From assembly GCA_026625185.1 (NCBI GenBank), contig CP113000.1:3012651-3044650 (forward strand): a stretch of 32,000 bases of DNA. The letters are read 5' to 3'. Origin of the DNA: Thermodesulfobacteriota bacterium (GTDB lineage Bacteria > Desulfobacterota > WTBG01 > JAGOGO01). The position numbers and the translations under genes were made by a program. Below are positions 7,862-14,579 of this stretch, one piece after another; position 1 is the first letter of the stretch, and each line of letters starts with the position of its first letter. A model generated the notes under the pieces. That model had not been told where the DNA came from. It worked only from the letters and a program-made list of their open reading frames with translations, and ran no database searches.

Positions 7862-7880
7862 AAGCAGCACGCGGCTGCTT
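7862..7880 (-). terminator. Weak hairpin between the convergent DUF1353 and ABC-F genes
   Basis: aagcagc-acgcg-gctgctt, a 7-bp stem. On the minus strand it is followed only by ttttcg. Confidence 0.3.
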
Positions 7881-7910
7881 ATAATCGGGAGCGCAGATTA
7901 AGCCTATCCT

Positions 7911-9548
7911 CTACAAACTCAAATCAGTATGCCCATGAAACATATCGTCCCGTTGCCGTGACACCTCCTCGTTAGTCAGATACTCATCAAAGCTCGTTAC
8001 CCGGTCAATCACACCACCCGGGGTAATCTCGACGATTCGGTTTGCCACGGTGGAGACGAACTCGTGGTCGTGGGAGGCGAACAATACCACCTCCGGATAG
8101 GCGATCAAGCCGTCGTTCAAGGCGGTAATTGACTCCAGGTCCAGATGGTTGGTCGGCTCATCCAGAATCAGGACGTTGGCGCCGGAGAGCATCATTTTGG
8201 AGAGCATGCAGCGCACCCGCTCGCCGCCGGACAGGACCTCGGTTTTTTTCATGGCTTCCTCTCCCGAAAAAAGCATCCGTCCCAGAAAACCGCGGCCAAA
8301 GGTCTCTCCTTCGGTAGGAGGATAATACTGGCCGAGCCACTCGACCAAGTTCAGGTCATTCTCGAAAAGCGCGCTGTTTTCCTTAGGAAAATAGGACGTG
8401 GTGATGGTCACTCCCCAGCGGAACGAGCCGCTGTCAGGTTTCATTTCGCCGGCCAGAATCTGAAAAAGGGTGGTGCGGGCCAGGCTATTGCTGCCGACAA
8501 AGGCAATCTTGTCTCCCTTGCGCACGATCAGGTCAAAATTGTTGAGAACCTTGAACCCGTCAATTTCTTTTGTCAGCCCGGTAACCTCCAGAATAATATC
8601 GCCGCAGGGACGATCCGCCTTGAACATGACATACGGGTACTTGCGGGATGAGGCCGGCATATCCTCCAAGGTAAGCTTTTCGAGAAGCTTCTTCCGGGAG
8701 GTGGCCTGCTTGGCCTTTGAAGCATTGGAACTGAAACGCTGAATGAACTCCTTCAACTCAGCGGTCTTTTCGGAAATCTTACGATTCTCGTTCTGCTTCT
8801 GCCGAAGGGCCAGTTGGCTGGCATGATACCAGAAATCGTAGTTGCCGACGTAGACCTGGATGCGGCCGAAATCAATGTCGGCGGTGTGGGTGCATACCTG
8901 GTTCAGAAAGTGGCGGTCATGGGAAACCACGATCACGGTGTTTGGAAAGCGGAAAAGGAAATCTTCCAGCCAAGAAATAGACTTCAGATCCAGGTTGTTG
9001 GTCGGTTCGTCCAAAAGCAGTACGTCCGGGTTGCCGAACAGGGCCTGAGCAAGCAACACCCGCACCTTGTTCCCGCCTTCCAGTTCCTTCATCCGCTTGT
9101 GGCGAAGCTCTTCGGGGATACCCAAGCCATTCAACAGCACTGCCGCCTCGGACTCGGCCTCGTAGCCGTTCAGCTCGGCGAAGGCCGCCTCCAATTCCGC
9201 AGAACGAATCCCGTCTTCCTCGGAAAAATCGCCTTTGGCGTAGAGCGCCTCGCGCTCTATTATCAGGTCATGGAGTTGTTTGTGCCCCATGATGACAGTA
9301 TTAAAAACCGTTTCCTCGTCAAAGGCGGACTGATCCTGCCTGAGTACGGCCATCCGTTCGCGGGGGCCGATCATGACCTCCCCCTTATCGGAGCTGATTT
9401 CCCCCGAAAGAATTTTGAGAAAGGTAGACTTGCCGGAGCCGTTGGCGCCAATCAGGCCGTAGCAGTTGCCAGGGGTGAACTTGATGTTAACGTTCTTAAA
9501 CAGAACACGCTTCCCATAGGATAGGGTGACTTTGGATGTGGTTATCAT
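7911..9548 (-). CDS. ybiT: ABC-F family ATPase, YbiT-like, with a degenerate Walker A in NBD2
   Basis: From ATG 9548 (SD aaagga) the N-terminus MITTSKVTLSYGKRVLFKNVNIKFTPGNCYGLIGANGSGKSTFLKILSG parallels E. coli YbiT. Two NBDs, Walker B LLLDEPTNNLD and LILDEPTNHLD, and an inter-NBD linker ASKAKQATSRKK. The NBD2 P-loop reads GSNSLARTT. The 23 extra upstream codons in the ORF track have no support. Confidence 0.9.
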   Translation of the reverse strand: MITTSKVTLSYGKRVLFKNVNIKFTPGNCYGLIGANGSGKSTFLKILSGEISSDKGEVMIGPRERMAVLRQDQSAFDEETVFNTVIMGHKQLHDLIIEREALYAKGDFSEEDGIRSAELEAAFAELNGYEAESEAAVLLNGLGIPEELRHKRMKELEGGNKVRVLLAQALFGNPDVLLLDEPTNNLDLKSISWLEDFLFRFPNTVIVVSHDRHFLNQVCTHTADIDFGRIQVYVGNYDFWYHASQLALRQKQNENRKISEKTAELKEFIQRFSSNASKAKQATSRKKLLEKLTLEDMPASSRKYPYVMFKADRPCGDIILEVTGLTKEIDGFKVLNNFDLIVRKGDKIAFVGSNSLARTTLFQILAGEMKPDSGSFRWGVTITTSYFPKENSALFENDLNLVEWLGQYYPPTEGETFGRGFLGRMLFSGEEAMKKTEVLSGGERVRCMLSKMMLSGANVLILDEPTNHLDLESITALNDGLIAYPEVVLFASHDHEFVSTVANRIVEITPGGVIDRVTSFDEYLTNEEVSRQRDDMFHGHTDLSL

Positions 9549-9564
9549 GCAATGTGATTCCTTT

Positions 9565-9595
9565 AAAAAAAAGCCCCAGAGATAGTCCCTGTGGC
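9565..9595 (-). terminator. Intrinsic terminator-like hairpin plus U8 inside the ABC-F leader
   Basis: The minus strand reads gccacagggactatctctggggc, a 9-pair stem with one A-G mismatch and a 5-nt loop. It is followed by tttttttt and then the SD aaagga and ATG 9548. Confidence 0.6.
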
Positions 9596-9607
9596 GCAGA
9601 TAATTGA

Positions 9608-9655
9608 CTATAGACAAAAAACCGAGCAGTTCATGCTGGTTGAACAGGTAGTCAT
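9608..9655 (-). CDS. Candidate 15-codon leader peptide (MTTCSTSMNCSVFCL)
   Basis: ATG 9655 to TAG 9608-9610 lies between the promoter and the terminators and overlaps the first hairpin. There is no convincing SD. Confidence 0.25.
   Translation of the reverse strand: MTTCSTSMNCSVFCL
9615..9641 (-). terminator. Weaker terminator-like hairpin plus U6 in the ABC-F leader
   Basis: The minus strand reads aaccagca-tgaac-tgctcggtt followed by tttt. The stem has one bulged C. Confidence 0.35.
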
Positions 9656-9675
9656 TGTGGCTCAGGTAATAACCA

Positions 9676-9705
9676 ATTATAGCATCACTGCCGCTGTCAT
9701 TGCAA
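9676..9705 (-). promoter_or_regulatory. Sigma70-like promoter for the ABC-F leader (TTGCAA-18 nt-TATAAT)
   Basis: On the minus strand, ttgcaa (9705-9700), an 18-nt spacer, then tataat (9681-9676). Confidence 0.5.
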
Positions 9706-9983
9706 TCTTTTTTCTCTTAAAGACGATTAGTTGCGTCACCGCAAAGATGACATCTGACAAATTACCTCAATTAAAATCAAACACGTTTTGCCGTTTTATC
9801 TGATACTTCTTTTGACTTTTTCCCCGAATTGCATTAAAAATAAAAGGAATAACTGGGTCAGGCCCCCGAAATTGGACCGAATAAATTCCTGAAGTGAAGT
9901 AAAAAGGAAGGTTATGGATGTTGTCCAAAATTATCACTTTTTCTCAAGTTTCCATTGTTGCTTTAGTTGGAGTATAATTTTAT

Positions 9984-10225
9984 AGTGAACGACATAAATA
10001 AGTTGACATTGAAGATATTATTCCATACTTCCCCAGTTTCCTCAACGTCATTCCCGGCCCCGCCTTCGCGGGGATAAACTCCAGCGGGAATCCAGAAGGG
10101 TGGCTCATGAAGCGATAAAACTGGATTACTCTTACCTGCCCCTTGATTCCGGGTCAAGCCCGGAATGACAATAGCGAGGTACGGCATGGCAAAAAAAGAA
10201 TGCCTCTTTATTTATGTCGTTCACT
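9984..10225 (+). mobile_element. MITE-like non-autonomous element, copy 1 (242 bp, 18-nt terminal inverted repeats, internal GC-rich hairpins)
   Basis: 5' end agtgaacgacataaataa; 3' end ttatttatgtcgttcact. Internal attcccg...cgggaat and attccggg-tcaag-cccggaat hairpins. Both termini align with 17933-18151. Confidence 0.8.
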
Positions 10226-10253
10226 TTAAATATATAAATAATTAATTACCACG

Positions 10254-10279
10254 GTGACTCTATTGTACGATAGGGTCAC
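10254..10279. promoter_or_regulatory. 26-bp palindromic operator-like site upstream of the PNPOx-like gene
   Basis: gtgactctat-tgtacg-atagggtcac, with 9/10 complementary arms, 24 nt upstream of ATG 10303. Confidence 0.35.
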
Positions 10280-10302
10280 TAAAATACTTTGGAGGTGGAA
10301 AC

Positions 10303-10731
10303 ATGGAAAACATTAACGCTTGTATTGAGTTTGCGAATGAGAATAAAATGTGCTGCTATCTCGCCACCTGTGATAATGATCAACCACGGGTACGAGCGAT
10401 CCAGTTATGGTTCGCCGATAAAACCGGCTTTTATATTCAAACCGAGTCAATAAAGGAATTATATAAGCAGATAAAAGCCAATCCGAAAGTGGAGGTGTGT
10501 TTCTACGCTCCCGGCCCAATGATCGGAAAGATGCTCCGAGTCGCGGGAAAGATAGAATTTGTAGAGGACAAGCGTTTGAAAGAAAAAGTTATAGTTGACC
10601 GGCCCTTTCTCAAGAATATGGGACTAACGCCGGAAAGCCCGGACCTGATCATCTTTAGAATACCACATGGTGAAGCGCACTTCTGGACCATGGAGACCAA
10701 TTTCAACCCAAAAGAGATAATACGATTCTAA
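10303..10731 (+). CDS. Pyridoxamine 5'-phosphate oxidase-like FMN-binding split-barrel protein
   Basis: 142 aa, SD ggaggtgg. The pattern CYLATCDNDQPRVRAIQLWF...FYIQT...NPKVEVCF...RVAGKIEFVED resembles general-stress-protein-26 / PNPOx family members. Confidence 0.7.
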   Translation: MENINACIEFANENKMCCYLATCDNDQPRVRAIQLWFADKTGFYIQTESIKELYKQIKANPKVEVCFYAPGPMIGKMLRVAGKIEFVEDKRLKEKVIVDRPFLKNMGLTPESPDLIIFRIPHGEAHFWTMETNFNPKEIIRF

Positions 10732-10752
10732 GCTCTTTGCTCATTGCAACAA

Positions 10753-12048
10753 TTAACTGCCCACTGCGGATGGAGCTTTCTTGCTTTTTCTTATCCACGG
10801 CTGATTTTGAAGATTGACCAGAAACTGGTCTTTAATCTCAATGACCCCAATCAGGTGGTGATAAAAATCATCGGAGAAGCGCGAATGTTCTTTATAGTTC
10901 GTTATCTCTCCTTTGATGTTTAACGTATCAATAAATTCAAAAAACCGTTTTTCATTGAATTGATAAATGATCTCCCCTAACACCACCCCGCTTTTCTTTT
11001 CTCCGATAAAAAAAGACTTGTCAATATGATCAAAACAGCTGTCCTTGACATCAGTTAAAAAAGAATTACTCTCCAGGAGACCATTCTTGTACGTGCCCAT
11101 AATTTGATTGGCCTGATATTTGGAAATAACCATGACGTCAGGCAGAGAACGGGAGCAGCAGATCGTGGTGTCGGTCCTGCTTCCGGGTCGGTAATACATA
11201 CCAATGAGATGATAGATGATAGTGCTGGTCAAAATTTTTTCTTCCACGCTCTCATACGGCAAGTCATATTTTTTGGCAAACCCTCTCCCATTCCGATGAA
11301 ACAAGTCGGGTCCTCCGGGCAATTGGGTGGAACTGTGGCGAAATTTAAATTTTTTTCTGCCATCCGCATCTTCGCTGGTGATCACGGTCCCCCAATCCTG
11401 AGAAACACACCGGCGAAGCATTGTCCTCAGGTTACTTTTTTTCCCGATTTGGAGGCTCGAAAGATTTCCCACGTACAATTTTTTGAGCCCATCGGGATTG
11501 TTCATAACATCATACCGGCGGTCAGTATGGCGGATGCGTTCCCGAAGCTGTTCCTCGGTTAATCCTACTAAAAAGACCCAGCCAAACATATTCCTCTTTT
11601 CCACCCGTTCCTCTTCCTCGCTGAGATACCCAAAGGGAGGTTGGACAAACCGGCGTAAATTTCTAAAGGGATAGGTTACATTGCTTTTCTGAAAATCATG
11701 AACCGCCTCTCTCATCTCCTGACCCAACGATTCGATCGGGCTGGTAAACCAAAATTTTTCCCGCAGCCAGGTGATATCGGAAAATTCTTCGGTCATCATC
11801 CCTTGCAAAAAATGTTTAATATAGTCCGCCGCCACTTCCAAAGTGCCGACCTGAACTCGATTGCGGTTGTTGAATTGGGTCTCCCGCGAAATAATATTCT
11901 TGTCGCGATAAAAAATTTTGGTGATAATTTGGGGAGGTTGCTTGGGGTTGATGGAGGCTTCCCTATCTTTATGAACCTGGGAAAAATTCAATCCTTCGGA
12001 TTTGGGCTTTAATCGCAACAGTTTTATCTCTAATATTTTTTTTGCCAC
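10753..12048 (-). CDS. Hypothetical protein, 431 aa, no family recognised
   Basis: Long uninterrupted ORF with protein-like composition, a GTG start at 12048 (uncertain) and a weak SD. No Walker, HD or nuclease motif that I can identify. It is co-oriented with, and 75 nt downstream of, the small membrane gene. Confidence 0.65.
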   Translation of the reverse strand: MAKKILEIKLLRLKPKSEGLNFSQVHKDREASINPKQPPQIITKIFYRDKNIISRETQFNNRNRVQVGTLEVAADYIKHFLQGMMTEEFSDITWLREKFWFTSPIESLGQEMREAVHDFQKSNVTYPFRNLRRFVQPPFGYLSEEEERVEKRNMFGWVFLVGLTEEQLRERIRHTDRRYDVMNNPDGLKKLYVGNLSSLQIGKKSNLRTMLRRCVSQDWGTVITSEDADGRKKFKFRHSSTQLPGGPDLFHRNGRGFAKKYDLPYESVEEKILTSTIIYHLIGMYYRPGSRTDTTICCSRSLPDVMVISKYQANQIMGTYKNGLLESNSFLTDVKDSCFDHIDKSFFIGEKKSGVVLGEIIYQFNEKRFFEFIDTLNIKGEITNYKEHSRFSDDFYHHLIGVIEIKDQFLVNLQNQPWIRKSKKAPSAVGS

Positions 12049-12122
12049 GTTGTCGTTACCCTTGTTTCAAGTTATTTTCATACTCAGAAACTGCCGGAGT
12101 TTGACCTATACCTAGTTTATAA

Positions 12123-12371
12123 CTACCGTCCGAGTTTGAAAAGTTTATAAAAAAGCATTCCCACAAAAAATGATAATAAGGTAGCAAGTACAAATGCCGC
12201 CATCGTTCGTGAGTCATAAGAAATTTTAAATATAAGCGCTATCCCCTTGCCGAACCGGAGAAAAAAAGCGTATCCTGAGGGAAGATACGTCTTCAATAAA
12301 ATCAGCATCGCGTTCCCTACAACCAAGCTTACCAAAAAGGCAAGCGCATGAGATATCCCTGACTTAATCAT
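12123..12371 (-). CDS. Small membrane protein (two or three hydrophobic helices)
   Basis: 82 aa. It starts 11 nt after the dGTPase-like stop, suggesting co-transcription or translational coupling. Confidence 0.55.
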   Translation of the reverse strand: MIKSGISHALAFLVSLVVGNAMLILLKTYLPSGYAFFLRFGKGIALIFKISYDSRTMAAFVLATLLSFFVGMLFYKLFKLGR

Positions 12372-12382
12372 AACCCGTCTCC

Positions 12383-13534
12383 TTATACCTTGGCAAAAGG
12401 ATCAAAAAGTTTTTTGTATTCGTCCAGAGCATACCGGTCGGTCATCCCCGCAATATAGTCACAAATAATTCTCTCTTGAGATTCTTCCTCAAGTTTCTTC
12501 TGGTGTTTTTTCGGAAGAAGCATTGTATTATCAACATAAGCTCGGAAAAGACCATCCACCACCATTTTTGCCTTACTGCTCATCCGCTTAACGCGATAAT
12601 GGTTATAAAGGTTATGTAACAGAAAATCCTTCAGCTGTTGATTTTTTCTTGCGGTATCAAAACTAAAAGCGACTAATCTCGCTTTGGCATTGCGAATATC
12701 TTCAAGCGTTTCGATTTTAAATCGAGAGATATTTTTTTCGGTTTCATTAACCAAATCTAAAATAAGATATCCAATAAGATGACTTATGGCATAATACTTT
12801 TTCTGGGGGTTATTTATTCCGGGGTAATTTTTTTCGGTTATTTTTATTATTTCTTGCCAAAGTTCAACCTCTCCTCCCAACGCTTCTTCTTCAAGCAGGC
12901 CAGATTCAAGCCCATCATCAATATCATGGTTATTATAGGCAATTTCATCGGCCAGGTCTATTATTTGAGCCTCTAAGGTCGGAAATTTTTCCGGTTCGTA
13001 GTCTTTTAGCTTTTCGGGATTCGTCGTATCATGGGACGTGGTGTGTTTAACCAATCCTTCACGAGTTTCCCAGGTTAAGTTCAAGCCATTAAAATTAGGA
13101 TACCGCTCTTCCAGCTTTTCTACTACCCTGAGACCTTGAAGGTTGTGCTCAAACCCCCCATGATCTTTCATAAGCTCATTTAAAATTGATTCTCCCGAAT
13201 GACCAAAAGGAGTATGGCCTAAGTCATGAGCAAGAGCGATCGCTTCGGTCAATTCCTCGTTGACTTTAAGCCTGCGGGCAATCGCGCGGGCAATCTGAGA
13301 AACTTCCAAAGAATGCGTAAGCCGGGTACGGTAATAATCCCCCTCATGGTTAACAAAGACCTGAGTTTTATATTCCAGTCTCCTGAACGCTGTGCAATGA
13401 ATAATCCGATCACGATCCCGCTCAAATGCCGGTCGGTTATCTTTAAAAACTTCCGCATACCTTCGGCCCCGGCTTCTATCATCTCGCATCGCATAGGGAG
13501 CAAGGGCTAAGTCAAATTTCTTCAAAGAAACCAT
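12383..13534 (-). CDS. dgt: dGTPase-like deoxynucleoside triphosphate triphosphohydrolase (HD domain)
   Basis: FRRLEYKTQVF, RTRLTHSLEVSQIARAIA, ALAHDLGHTPFGHSGE and DLADEIAYNNHDIDDG are the canonical Dgt-family motifs. Confidence 0.9.
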   Translation of the reverse strand: MVSLKKFDLALAPYAMRDDRSRGRRYAEVFKDNRPAFERDRDRIIHCTAFRRLEYKTQVFVNHEGDYYRTRLTHSLEVSQIARAIARRLKVNEELTEAIALAHDLGHTPFGHSGESILNELMKDHGGFEHNLQGLRVVEKLEERYPNFNGLNLTWETREGLVKHTTSHDTTNPEKLKDYEPEKFPTLEAQIIDLADEIAYNNHDIDDGLESGLLEEEALGGEVELWQEIIKITEKNYPGINNPQKKYYAISHLIGYLILDLVNETEKNISRFKIETLEDIRNAKARLVAFSFDTARKNQQLKDFLLHNLYNHYRVKRMSSKAKMVVDGLFRAYVDNTMLLPKKHQKKLEEESQERIICDYIAGMTDRYALDEYKKLFDPFAKV

Positions 13535-13587
13535 AACATCATCCGGATAATTTGTTATTTCTCAGGTAAAACCCACGATAATGGATT

Positions 13588-14157
13588 TTATTTTCCCCAT
13601 ACCCACCAATCACTTTTATCCTTAAACCACCATTCCGCACTATCAGTCGAAAGAATTGTTTCCGCTAATTCTCTTGCCGAGGGAGTACAGAGACGCTTGA
13701 GCGCAAAACCGATCCAATCCTTGGTATATTTATTCCCCAGGTCGCCATATTCCTTGAGCATGATGATAAGTTCCAGCTGGTCAGCGTCATTGGCAATGAG
13801 CGCCTCAGCGGTTTTTTTCTTCTGAAATTCATCGAGCAGGTCCTTGAGTTCTTCTCCAAAAGGAAGGGTGGCCGCCAATTCATTTATTGCTTTCTCTTCA
13901 TCCACTTTCAGGTATTTTTTATTGACATAATTAAGGTCCCCGGTCCGGGACTCAAGGATGTCATGTAAAAGGGTCATTTTTAGCACCTTGTTTTCATCAA
14001 CCTGGGGATTGAGTTTGGCTAAGGTATAGCCGATCATTATTACCCGAAAACAGTGTTCCGCTACCGACTCTTTGCCGGATCCTAAAAACTGAAGCCCGGT
14101 TCGCGGTGTTCGCTTCAACATACCGATTTCAAAAAGAAAATTTACAATGTCCTTCAT
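13588..14157 (-). CDS. HD-domain phosphohydrolase, YfbR/HDDC2-like 5'-deoxynucleotidase family
   Basis: LKRTPRTG, ESVAEHCFRV, LLHDILESRTGDL and NDADQLE match the HD_3 pattern (R-W..., SEH, HD..E..TGD, D..) as in E. coli YfbR. Confidence 0.8.
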   Translation of the reverse strand: MKDIVNFLFEIGMLKRTPRTGLQFLGSGKESVAEHCFRVIMIGYTLAKLNPQVDENKVLKMTLLHDILESRTGDLNYVNKKYLKVDEEKAINELAATLPFGEELKDLLDEFQKKKTAEALIANDADQLELIIMLKEYGDLGNKYTKDWIGFALKRLCTPSARELAETILSTDSAEWWFKDKSDWWVWGK

Positions 14158-14579
14158 GAATTGCGGGCCTTTATTATTAAAATTAGTGCTTGCAATTTTT
14201 ATAGCATAAAAAAAATTTTTTTCCTATGGTTATATCCCTGGTTTTTCCTGCATTAAGAAGTGTCCCTGAGCTATTTATTGATTGAAGGCAAACCTCATCC
14301 TGGGAAAACTATAAATCCGTTGGGGAAAAGGAACGGGCAATGGCAAAGACCTTTTGATATCTTAAGAGGGGAATTATATACATTCTGTTAGGCTGAGGTA
14401 AAAAAACTTCGCCAAATTCCTCTGTGCTTTTAAAAAGCGTGAGTTTTGTGACCCGATATTATTGTTTGAAGTAAAAGCATTCCTGGCTATAATGATTAGG
14501 TTGTTTCTAATTCACGCTATTTGTTTTTTATAACCTTTTTACGTGCAATAGGGGAATAATTTTCCTCAACGAGGTGTTT

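Noticed and set aside
8145-9524. 168-aa and 236-aa plus-strand ORFs inside the ABC-F gene
   Set aside because: They are antisense to a gene with complete ABC-F motifs, in a G+C-richer region that naturally gives long antisense ORFs.
9963-10187. 74-aa ORF within MITE copy 1
   Set aside because: It is a translation of the GC-rich hairpin repeats (…PGLTRNQGAG…, …GGAGNDVEE…), a classic spurious repeat-derived peptide.
11104-12012. 152-aa and 104-aa plus-strand ORFs inside the 431-aa gene
   Set aside because: They are antisense to a longer, more protein-like ORF and have no SD.
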